A DNA stretch of 56,211 bases, filler included, from Squatina squatina (taxonomy: Eukaryota): assembly GCA_031763465.1 (NCBI GenBank). It is 3 parts of 3 records of this genome, joined end to end, with 100 filler letters (N's around TTAATTAATTAA, not from the genome) between each part and the next. Parts side by side here need not be neighbours in the genome. Positions count along the whole stretch, not along the records: positions 38,166 to 56,211 come from JARFOE010000189.1; 2 more parts are not named here. One strand, given 5' to 3'. A program made the translations under genes and the position numbers. The notes below the pieces were generated by a model, which saw only the letters and a list, made by a program, of their open reading frames with translations, searched no databases and was not told the DNA's origin. Below, piece after piece: positions 45,526-56,211 of the stretch. The first letter of the stretch is position 1. Each line of letters opens with the position of its first letter.

Positions 45526-46146
45526 GGCCGAGAAACCCGGTTGCACTGCGCCCATTTTACAGATGTAATTCAGGTACTCAAGGATCCAGTATGGTGGGTG
45601 GCGGGCACACGCTCATTCCGCACTGGAAATGCAGATATTGGATTGGGCTGCTCAGTAGCTGTCCTGGGTGCACGCCTGAAACTGCATTAGGCCCATTGCA
45701 TATGCAAATCGTGGACCTAATGCCTGTTTCAGGTNNNNNNNNNNNNNNNNNNNNNNNNNNNNNNNNNNGACCATGTATGCTACAGTCACTTGCTTCAGGC
45801 GCTCAGGCTGCCACCCAAAGGTAAGTTGAATGATTTTTTTTTTACTTACCTTACTGTGGAGCCAGGAGCAGCAGGAGTGCTGCTCCTGGCTTCACATTAA
45901 AATCGCAGGCTGCTGCCAGTCACCACTTGCCCCTGCCTCCCAATTACCTTCCTCCCTGGACTCTCCTGAAACCCTCAGCCAGCATCCGAATGGCAAGCTG
46001 CCTAAGGGACCGTGAATGGCGCCCGCAGCTCTCCGGTACCACCCTAATGAAGCCAGCAGACCGATTTGCCGTGGTCCCGCCACTGGCTTCAGGGTGAGCT
46101 GAACTGGGATAGGGCCTCAATTCAGGCCCAATCCAATTTCCAAGCC
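45526..46146. mobile_element. PIF/Harbinger-type MITE with TTA target-site duplication
   Basis: TTA|GGCCGAGAAA ... TTTCCAAGCC|TTA; imperfect TIRs and a 3-bp TWA TSD; small internal gap. Confidence 0.6.
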
Positions 46147-48435
46147 TTAGAGTTTGGAGCGGTTAGTAATTGGGAGATGATTAATGATACCAGCATAAAT
46201 TGAAGCACACTTAAATGGAGACTATTACAGTAATTTCCAGGCCTTGATACTGTTTCCTGATTTTTATGCTTATTTTGCTTTATGTCAGCACTCATAATAT
46301 ATTAGCTTGATGAAGTATTTTAGGCCTTGTATTAGCCCCCATAACCTGTGTCTAAATGTTAATTGCACAGACAAATTGCCACTTCAGAAATCGTTCTAAG
46401 CATTTTTTAATACAATAAGCTGGTGGCAGTGTGAATGTTAGTCAGTTGTGAAATATTAATTGGAAGCAATAACCTGCAATATTGTCTGGTTTCACTAAGT
46501 ATTGTTTATTGAATTGATTCTATTTTGGAAAAATGTTTCAAGAGANNNNNNNNNNNNNNNNNNNNNNNNNNNNNNNNNNNNNNNNNNNNNNNNNNNNNNN
46601 NNNNNNNNNNNNNNNNNNNNGAATATTGTGAATAGCACAGGTGTTTGCCATCCACTTGACATTTTTTCTGCAACATCGAATCTCTGGAAGCTACTGATCG
46701 CATTATTGAAGCTGCGATAAGCTTAGCAACCCGTAGTTATGTTGGGGATAGAATTCACCTGTGTGCTGAGATGCTTACGGAAGAAATCTTTGAAATATGG
46801 TAAGAAAAGACGGAGAGAAAGAGACCAAACTATCCTCTTAAAAGTGGAAGGGACCTAGCCCTGGGCAGGATCTGGCATAGGTGACTGTTGCCATTTGTGA
46901 GAACTGACATTTGCACCTGGGAAGGTTAGCCGCTGTGAATGTGTTCTGTAAGGAGGAACATTTAACTGCAGTTCAAGTGGCTGCTTCTGTAACTTTAACC
47001 TGCCAATGACTCAACCTACAGGCTAGTGGCTACTCATGTTCCCTGAAATCACGTTTAAGAACACTGTCAGATGAGGAAATTCCTGATTCAAAAACCACTG
47101 CTACCCTGGGGATGTTCGGTAGCTTGTTCTGATTTCTAAGGTGCATCTTGCCTTAATCTGCCATGTCTGTTTGAGCGCACATTTCCTGNNNNNNNNNNNN
47201 NNNNNNNNNNNNNNNNNNNNNNNNNNNNNNNNNNNNNNNNNNNNNNNNNNNNNNNNNNNNNNNNNNNNNNNNNNNNNNNNNNNNNNNNTTCAATTAATTT
47301 TGCTCCTTCCACTTTATATGTTCACTGTTGCTCAATGCAATAAAATTATTCACCCTCAGTAATCTACTTATCAGGATATAGAAAATAAGCAAACAGCCAA
47401 GCTAAAAAAGTACTGTATATTATTAAGAATGGAGTTGAGTGATGCGGTCACTTGTGCATGTAATAGCTCAATGCAACTATGGATCATGATGATAGGTAGT
47501 ACACAATTCATCCTCAATCATTCTGTATTACATAATTCAGNNNNNNNNNNCGCACAGCTTAGTGGGAACATTGCTGCTGAGTAATGCTTTCTAGCATTTT
47601 CTGTTCTGTGAGTTCAGCTGAAATTGGATTCAGTAATATAAAACAAATTTCATCAAATCATGTTTTGAAGATTTAAAATGCAAAATGTCTGTTGTACCTA
47701 CATTCAATATCAGATTATTGAATTATAGTCATATTGACCCCCGTCACAAAATAAATATCACAATTCCTATGGAACTAATGCACTTTAATGCAGTGATGCT
47801 AGTAAATCAGACCTTTCTTCAGGTGCGTTATCTTTGATGTAAAGAATGCTCCCGAACAAAAAGATAATTTACAGCATATACATTTTCTGACCACAAGGTG
47901 GCACTTTTGAGTTAAAAAGCAGCACGTTTGTAGGCGTCATATATCACGGAAGGTTCTAGTAGATTGTCTGAAGCTCTGTAATGCAAAGACAACAACGTGG
48001 TATTAACACAGGCTTTATGGCTATTACTTTGGTTTTTCTGATATCTCAACCAGAATGAAAGTTCCAATTCAAATTCAGCATTAATGTAGTGTTCCATACC
48101 CCTGACCATAAGTCGACAAATGCACCTGGATAACCTCCATATGATGGTGTGTATCTTAATATTCATTAACTCAAGAGAAGCATTGTAATTCCAGCAGATT
48201 CACTCCAATCTCTCTGGAGACTTCCGCTGAAATCAATATGAAGGCCCGGATTGATTAAGTTAATTGATTTCCTTTTTTGGCTGCCCAGAAATGGGATTCT
48301 AAGGTAATAGAAAGTCTGTCATCCACCAGCCTTTAATATGTGGCTCAAAGTTTGGAATCTGATTTCACTGGACAGGCTTCCCTTACACTGAACCAAAAAC
48401 AGCAGCCTGCTTAAATAATTACAGTAGGATTCTAA

Positions 48436-48553
48436 CATCATAGAATCATACAACACAATAAAAGGCCCTTCAGCCCATCGTGTCAGTGCTGGCTCTTTGA
48501 AAGAGCTATCCAATTAGTCCCACTCCCCTGCTCTGTCCCCATAGCCCTGAAAT
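48436..48553 (-). mobile_element. CR1 3' tail
   Basis: CATAGAATCATACAACACA...GGCCCTTCAGCCCATCGTGTC...GAGCTATCCAATTAGTCCCACTCCCC. Confidence 0.75.
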
Positions 48554-48790
48554 TAGGAAAAGAGAAACACTGTGCTAGCTATCACCTTTATTTTTAAAAT
48601 GCAATCAATGCATGCTAATACCTNNNNNNNNNNNNNNNNNNNNNNNNNNNNNNNNNNNNNNNNNNNNNNNNNNNNNNNNNNNNNNNNNNNNNNNNNNNNN
48701 NNNNNNNNNNNNNNNNNNNNNNNTCCTTTTTGGGTCTGTTACCTTCTATGAGGTGACATCTTGTCAAGCAAGCAGAAAAGTAGTTTTGAG

Positions 48791-48970
48791 ATGAAGGGTG
48801 CACACTTGTTCTGATGAAGGGTACGCACTTGTTCTCATGAAGGGTACACACTTCATAAAGGATACAAACTCAAAAGGTCAAAACCTGCCTTTTCTCTTTA
48901 CAGATGTTGACTGATCTGCTATGTATTTCCAGAATTTTCAATTTTTATATGCGGTTTCCAGCATTTGAGT
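48791..48970 (+). repeat. 23-nt tandem repeat (ATGAAGGGTRCRCACTTGTTCTS, about 3.5 copies) leading into a Penelope-type terminal repeat relic
   Basis: Units at 48791, 48814, 48837 and a degenerate one at 48855; followed by CTCTTTACAGATGTTGACTGATCTGCT..TATTTCCAG. Confidence 0.55.
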
Positions 48971-49639
48971 TTTATTTTTTATTAGTAGTCTTGAAATGTT
49001 TTAGGTTGAAGGAGCACATACAGTCCACCCTGAACTTCATCCTTTGTGTCAGTAACTGGGTATGCATAGTAAGCAATGTGGAAAGCTGTAAGATTCTGTC
49101 AGGGCTTGGCATGGGGTCACAGTTGATATGTGGCAGGCTAACCGACAATACTTTAGAGCATGCAATTCCTCAAAATTGCGTGGTCTCCTCACTAATTTTG
49201 GCAATCTATCTACTGCAACATCTTTAGTGTTATACAGTGCCCGGAACCTGTTCATCACTGCTTCCTGCATTATCCTGCAAATCTTCCAACTTCACCACCT
49301 CACCGCCCTCCTCCTACTTATTGTTAATCACACACTACCCTCTGATAATACATGGGTAGACTGGAGAGTCAAGTTAAATAGTTAAGTAAGTGTAGCCCTG
49401 TCTTATCATATTTATCCAGCACTGCAGCAAGTGGAAGCTTGCGACAATGTTATCTTGCCAAACAGTAATGTCATTCCAACCATTGTGTATTTTGGATAAA
49501 TTGACACTTGTTAGATTTATCATCTGATTGATGCTCTTGACCTTCTATATTATCTTCTTGAGGTGGTAGCACTCTATTTTAAGGTCCTATTGTACAAGAC
49601 TGGAGTGCTGTGCTATTTATAAAATGTTATGTTCCTTTT

Positions 49640-49990
49640 TCTGCCAATTTTGTTCTCCTTTTGAAGATATTCATTCCTTTTGTGGATGCTTTTCATTACC
49701 TCAGTTCTTAATGTATGAATCCTGATAGTGGTTGTTGGCAGCCAAGTCAGCTATTATGACATTGTTGTTGATCCCAATCCTGCCTTCACACATAAGCACT
49801 TCAACAGGGGGATAACGGGCAAGAGTGGGAACCCTGGAAAACGTGCCCCTACCTCCCACTGAGCCACTGACACCAATTGTCATTCTTCTACCACCACCTG
49901 GCTGATATCAGTTTGCTTGGCACAGACTAGGGACTTACCCAGTCTGTGTGACTTATCCACTCACTGGAGAAACTCACTGAGCCGTTGGGA
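49640..49990 (-). mobile_element. Old SINE-like family B copy with tRNA-like head
   Basis: Reverse complement head TCCCAACGGCTCAGTGAG (A-box-like); body shared with 36810 and 52550. Confidence 0.5.
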
Positions 49991-52549
49991 AAACCAATAC
50001 AATGTTTCATTTTTATTTCAAATATGCTTTTTATTTTAGTAGCAGTGAGTTAAAACTAGAGCCTTAAATCTATTCCTGACATTTTGGGCAACTTTATTAC
50101 TATTAGCATCACACTGAATGATCTGAAAACTTTAAAGAAGCCATTAGCTAGCATTGGCAAATGGACGTTTTTGGGATCTGTCCTGCATTCTCAGGGTTAA
50201 GGAGCTATTTTAGGACTCACTGAAAATAATGTTATCATTTAAAAAACATTTTTCATGCAATTATCAATGGGTTAGCTGTCACTATATTGGGGCCATTTTC
50301 TTCCGTTTCTAGTGTTTTTAGGACAAGCATAATTGGGAGGATTGTGATATAATAAATATGATCTGCTTTTGAAGATTTAAAATACAGTAATTATACAGTG
50401 CTCACAGACTAGTATCTAACTATCACAAGGAATATGCAGTTAATAGTATTCCCTAAAGCAAGTGGGAACTGCTCGGCTTGTCATACTTAAAGATGTTCAA
50501 CAGGAACTACACGACAGTTAATCCTATATATAAGTGATTACATTTTGAAAAATACATGGGGTTTGGCTATAATTATTTTAATTCTTGCCTTCTGCATTTT
50601 ATACATAGTGCTGAATTCCACAGCTGCTGGCAGACTATAATTTTATGGCTATTTTCTAAAAAGGATTTACTGAGAACCTAATTGACCTGACACCCACTGG
50701 TTAATTGGCATTATATTGGGTCCTGACTTTGATGGCTATAGACCTGTGTCATGTGTGTGGAAACATCTGTTCCTGAATCTCCACTTTGATGAAAAAACAG
50801 CTCTATTCATGTTATATTTAGACAATGAGAAATAGTTCAAGGACTGAATATGCTTTTGGTACATCTGATTTATATTAGACACTTTTTGACGCAAATGTGC
50901 TAAAAAGAAACTATTCTGATTTAGACATTATCTGACACTATGGAGATAATTGAGTGACCCACAGAAATGACTTCAATCCTCCATTCTCCTGAAACATGTG
51001 TAAAACACTCTGGCAATATCTTGCTGATAGATGGCTTGAAAGGAATAATTTCCTCACTGGAGTGACTAGCATTCATTAAATAGTAAACGCTGCGATCAAA
51101 GATTTTGCTCTTACTTCACCTCTATGGCATTGCTCACAGTAAGCAAAGCAGAGGCACCACCTGGCCAGCAAAGGAAAGCACAGAAACTGAGGCCAGGAAA
51201 GTGGGGGAGCGTAATGCCATTGAGTCTGTNNNNNNNNNNNNNNNNNNNNNNNNNNNNNNNNNNNNNNNNNNNNNNNNNNNNNNNNNNNNNNNNNNNNNNN
51301 NNNNNNNNNNNNNNNNNNNNNNNNNNNNNGTAAAATTGCTTTTTTTACATACTTTGAATTCAAAGCAGTTTTTAGTAGTTTTCAGAGTTGATTCCACTTA
51401 GAGCTCTGCCTACTTGTCCAATCTGCTGGTATGACAGAGCACTGCACAGAAACTTAAAACTGATCATCCAACCTACCTAAAATACATTTTATTTTAAAGG
51501 AACAGCCGGTTATAATATTCAGTTTTCAGTTCTGCCTATGATCTAAGAGATTTTTTGCAATAATAGTGCAAGCGAGGTGTTAATTAAGTTTGTGTTGTAC
51601 TATTTTTGCATCGACGTGCAAATGAACTATTTATAACCACTGTTTCTCACTTATCCAATCAGACAGTACGATGACTAAATGCAGACAATGCATCTGGCAA
51701 CATTTCAAGTCAATCTTATGATTGTAATTATGAAAAAAATTCAGCTACCCTATAAAGTAAATCCTTCACAAAGTATTTTTGGCTACAAAAATTATTAAAA
51801 GAGTTAAAAAATGCCTTAGTACAAAAGGAGCACTGTCACTTTAGTCTTTCTGTTACAGGTACCTTTTATGGACTGAGGAGACCTTTTCTCAGGCAATTGT
51901 CCGTGCCATTCTTTGAACTAGTTCCCAGTATGTGTCAGGCAGTAGCACAACTTGCTTTATCTCATTGTTCCTTCCTCTGCTCAATTGTCTCATCTCCACA
52001 TGACATTTTTCATAATCAGTGATATTCCAGTGAGACTCACCACTTCAATAAATTCTGTACTTTCACAGCCACATAATCCAATTATACTTCCTGTCAAGGA
52101 CTGCAAGGCTGTGTGCGTATAATGTAAATTGCAAAGTTAAATAGGTATTCTGGAGTTTGGCTTGAATTACCTTTGGGGCACAAAGTAACTTTCAGAATGT
52201 TTGCTCAGGAGATAGGTTAGAATCCATGGTAGAGCAGATTGTACATGATCCATTAAAGGGTTTGCAGTGAAATGTCATTTATCTATCACTTCAAGTAGAC
52301 AAAGTAATCCAAGATTGCACTTCAAGCTAAACTAATCCTTTAAAATTTGTTAANNNNNNNNNNNNNNNNNNNNNNNNNNNNNNNNNNNNNNNNNNNNNNN
52401 NNNNNNNNNNNNNNNNNNNNNNNNNNNNNNNNNNNNNNNNNNNNNNNNNNNNNAGAAAAAGTGGACTATATGACATGAAACTAGATGATGGAGCAAATGG
52501 GATGGGTTAAATTGCTTATCCTAGTTCTTAAATCCATGTGCTTGTGTTT

Positions 52550-52852
52550 TGTTTCCCTCCAGTCCCTTCTCTTTGCTTGAAATATTGAATGTCATTTCAT
52601 GCTTACCCTGATCAAAGAGCCAATCAGCCTGAGTTTCGATGAGCTATTCTACCAAAGAGGCACCGTAGCTGTTCTGATCCTGTCTTGCCCTGGTAGCCGA
52701 TATCCATGCCCACGGATGTCTGGGATAGGTCCCTAGATCGTGGGCAGGAATTCTGGCTGAATTTTGCTTTCCTAACCCAGAGAGCTCAGGGTAATTGTAG
52801 TGACCCTACTGCCATCCACAGCTTGGTTAACCCACCTCAGTACAGATCAGGG
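52550..52852 (-). mobile_element. Old SINE-like family B copy
   Basis: GATCCTGTC...GGCAGGAATTCTGGCTGA...AATTGTAGTGACCCTACTGCCA. Confidence 0.5.
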
Positions 52853-53589
52853 TGGGGTGGGGGCTCTTATGAAGGGTTAACATCTCAAAGATTAGGAAAA
52901 GTATCTGAGCTGTCGCAATGAGAAAGTTGCATGTATTTTTAGCACTGCGGTAGTGTGAAGAGTGGGTGATAGATGTCAGGAAGCAGGTTCTATTTGTGGG
53001 TGTGGTGTGGGTTTTCTTATGTGACATTTACAAGGAAACAATAATTAATCATTTTTACATTCAAGTTTTTCAGTTTGCTATTTAAAAAAATAGATTTGTG
53101 CTACTGCCTCACAGTAGGCACAAACCAATTAAGAAATAAATGATGTGTGTATTTTCCCTGCCAGCATATGCTCAATAGAGCTTGGCAGGAGGAATGAGAG
53201 AGAGTTCAGGNNNNNNNNNNNNNNNNNNNNNNNNNNNNNNNNNNNNNNNNNNNNNNNNNNNNNNNNNNNNNNNNNNNNNNNNNNNNNNNNNNNNNNNNNN
53301 NNNNNNNNNNGCCCCTTTAAAAATATCTGCTCATGTAAGATTACAATTTTATTTTCAACATTTTCTGTAATAAGCAAAATGAGATCCATTCTTGAAATAA
53401 CTTGAAATACCACCTAAATAATGTGCTTCTACTGATGCTGTCCAGAAAACATTGCCTCGTTCATGAGATGTACTGTGTAATCATTTAGCATAGAATCAGT
53501 ACTTGATATTGGGACAAGCTGCAATATCAATGGAGAAAATGTGTTCATTTCCCTCACATCTTGCTAGGAATTGTTATATTTTTTAAAAA

Positions 53590-53712
53590 TTCATTCCGGG
53601 ATGTAGGTGTCTCTGGCAAGGCCAGCATTTATTGCCCATCCCTATTTGAGAAGGTGGTGGTGAGCCGCCTTCTTGAACCGCTGGAGTCCTTGTGGTGAAG
53701 ATACCACAGTAA
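53590..53712 (-). mobile_element. CR1/L2-group LINE 3' end
   Basis: SPQGLQRFKKAAHHHLLK* followed by GGGATGGGCAATAAATGCTGGCCTTGCCAG tail. Confidence 0.7.
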
Positions 53713-54299
53713 ATGGTGTATAAATCATGACTATTTCCTGTACTGCTAATGACCATTGCCATATGTTACACCTGTGCAAGCCATGTAATAAGGACATGAC
53801 TTGGACACATGTGGTATAACATGCGTTATGCAAACTAGTGCCAACTTGTACCTGATGTGTAACATATCTCAGTGTGTTAAATGACATTACTGATTGGCTG
53901 CCAGGCTGAGGGAACTACAGCTCTTTCAGAATGAAGGGGTTTCCTGTTAATATCCTTCAGTTTTCTCAAAACATTTTTAAATGGGATTGTTCATTGGCCA
54001 GTTAACAGCAAAACAAAAGTATTAATAGATTAAGTTTAATATCTTAATACTTTGGTACCTAGCACTTCTGAAGTTATGATAATGATTAGTATATAATGCG
54101 TTTAATCTGATAGTTAAATATGGCAAGATAAGTTGTTTCAATGATCTAGTGTTCTGACAACAAAAATCTACTTACTGTACCTACTCGCTACTGTGAATAT
54201 CACGGTGCTCGGTATTAGGAGAGGCTTCAGTTCGAATGTACATGGTGGGCACTTTTGACCACAATTTTTCAGTGACTCAAATGTTCATGTGATAGACAG

Positions 54300-54415
54300 A
54301 CCCAATAAATCTTCCCTCCACTCAAGGCAGCGCGGAGATTGAAGTGAGTGTGCCAATAATAAGGAACCGACAGCACGGCTCCTCACCAATAACCATTGAT
54401 CACTTGCGATTGGAC
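54300..54415 (+). promoter_or_regulatory. Candidate proximal promoter of the GPR26/GPR78 gene with clustered CCAAT boxes
   Basis: CCAAT at 54302, 54353, 54386 and ATTGG at 54409, with raised CpG just upstream of the gap that should contain the start codon. Confidence 0.4.
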
Positions 54416-55215
54416 TCTCGGAAGAAACCGTGAATTCTTTGGAAGGACAAGCAGAGAGNNNNNNNNNNNNNNNNNNNNNNNNNNNNNNNNNNNNNNNNNN
54501 NNNNNNNNNNNNNNNNNNNNNNNNNNNNNNNNNNNNNNNNNNNNNNNNNNNNNNNNNNNNNNNNNNNNNNNNNNNNNNNNNNNNNNNNNNNNNNNNNNNN
54601 NNNNNNNNNNNNNNNNNNNNNNNNNNNNNNNNNNNNNNNNNNNNNNNNNNNNNNNNNNNNNNNNNNNNNNNNNNNNNNNNNNNNNNNNNNNNNNNNNNNN
54701 NNNNNNNNNNNNNNNNNNNNNNNNNNNNNNNNNNNNNNNNNNNNNNNNNNNNNNNNNNNNNNNNNNNNNNNNNNNNNNNNNNNNNNNNNNNNNNNNNNNN
54801 NNNNNNNNNNNNNNNNNNNNNNNNNNNNNNNNNNNNNNNNNNNNNNNNNNNNNNNNNNNNNNNNNNNNNNNNNNNNNNNNNNNNNNNNNNNNNNNNNNNN
54901 NNNNNNNNNNNNNNNNNNNNNNNNNNNNNNNNNNNNNNNNNNNNNNNNNNNNNNNNNNNNNNNNNNNNNNNNNNNNNNNNNNNNNNNNNNNNNNNNNNNN
55001 NNNNNNNNNNNNNNNNNNNNNNNNNNNNNNNNNNNNNNNNNNNNNNNNNNNNNNNNNNNNNNNNNNNNNNNNNNNNNNNNNNNNNNNNNNNNNNNNNNNN
55101 NNNNNNNNNNNNNNNNNNNNNNNNNNNNNNNNNNNNNNNNNNNNNNNNNNNNNNNNNNNNNNNNNNNNNNNNNNNNNNNNNNNNNNNNNNNNNNNNNNNN
55201 NNNNNNNNNNNNNNN

Positions 55216-55346
55216 AGTTTTCTCCTTTCGCTAATAGTGCTATGTTTCACCTATCTCAAAGTGTTGAAAGTGGCGCGATTTCACTGCAAGAGGATAGATG
55301 TTATCACCATGCAAACGCTAGTGTTACTAGTGGACATTCATCCAAG
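55216..55346 (+). CDS. GPR26: Orphan class A GPCR GPR26 (GPR78 not excluded), 3' end of coding exon 1 (TM5 to ICL3); 5' part in the N gap
   Basis: SFLLSLIVLCFTYLKVLKVARFHCKRIDVITMQTLVLLVDIHP(S) with phase-2 donor CCAAG|GTAGGC; nearly identical to the recalled GPR26 sequence and intron position. Confidence 0.88.
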
Positions 55347-56211
55347 GTAGGCAACCCGGACCGTGGGTCAGTGCCGCCAGCAGTTACTGCTCGCTTTTTA
55401 ATAAATAATTGTGCATGGTTGTGTGTTAGATCTCATCTTTTTCTGCAGTAATTCTCCCCGGAAGCAGAGACACATTTACACAGAGACACAGAATGGGCGA
55501 TTAGGATGTTCTGCAGTGTGTGCGGTACTGTGACTAAGATCTTGATTGAACTATATAAATATGCTCGCGTTTTTAGGGTACCTGCATTCTGAGAAGCATA
55601 GGTTACTTTCAGTACCAGCACAGGATTGCCTCCTTTTAATATTTCTCTAGTATGTTTTGGAGCCACACACGTCGATTACTGATGGGGTTTATTCCGACTT
55701 GGAAATGACAGACATCTTCGAGAAAGTTAATGGAAATGAAGTATTACACTTGTGTATGCTGTGTTAGTTGTACAGGATAGTTTGCGTCAGCTGACGTATC
55801 CATGCAGCCTCCGCACTCTCAGCAGTGACAGAATATAAAAATATAATACAATCTGACAGTACGCACGTTGCAACGAGCAAGAAGGTGTCAGGAAAGAAAA
55901 TCAATGACTCGTAACAGCCGAAGTGTTTTTAAAATCCCCGTTACTTTCTTTTAATATAGGAAACGGACTGAACAGTAATATATATATCCTTGATATAGAA
56001 TAAGATACCTTGGTGCAACAACCCATGGAGCTCAATTTGATTTTATCCCTGAGCACCTTAAACAGGAATTTAAAAACAATTGTGGTGATCATATTTCAAA
56101 ATATTTGCCATTCCGGACAATCTGGGCTGAAAGGAATCCAAATGAAAGAGCAATTTCAAGAGTTGCAGCATACTGGTGTAAGCCATGTTCTGTAATTTAG
56201 TTCTCTCATAT

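Noticed and set aside
19941-55451. Long ORFs in the track (19941-20624, 21100-21731, 34483-34956, 41934-42833, 54285-55451)
   Set aside because: They are long only because N runs translate without stops; only the post-gap part of 54430-55350 is real coding sequence.
55608-55630. REST/RE1-like site in GPCR intron 1
   Set aside because: Half-site spacing and the right half deviate from consensus.
55785-55796. Palindrome CGTCAGCTGACG and other short inverted repeats (15045-15059, 32611-32632)
   Set aside because: Short enough to occur by chance in 56 kb, with no supporting context.

Overview
Eukaryotic, gap-rich draft genome sequence, most likely from a cartilaginous fish (shark), judging from repeated SacSINE1-like Deu-domain SINEs and shark-type CR1/L2/RTE LINE relics. 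It is not one continuous locus: two artificial 100-nt spacers (44N-TTAATTAATTAA-44N at 13742-13841 and 38066-38165) join three independent scaffolds. Scaffold 1 (1-13741) is non-coding, made of TE debris plus AT-rich, homeobox-motif-rich blocks that look like conserved enhancers. Scaffold 2 (13842-38065) is the most interesting. It carries two 3' exons of CAMKMT (- strand) and, about 6.5 kb downstream on the same strand, the first two exons of an STKLD1/NEK-like protein kinase that the ORF track misses (MDNYE|VMSTAPKGSFGFLHIVKHLRDSKTFAMKM|). That kinase has a CpG-rich promoter with a perfect RFX X-box and a G-rich minisatellite starting at its exon 2 splice donor. The 3' end of an ANKRD9-like paralog lies on the + strand at the left end of this scaffold. 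Scaffold 3 (38166-56211) is TE-rich and ends in the first coding exon of GPR26/GPR78 (+). Most ORFs in the supplied track are spurious or made of N. No prokaryote-type systems (CRISPR, rRNA or tRNA genes, operons) are supported. All family assignments come from recalled motifs, not database searches.
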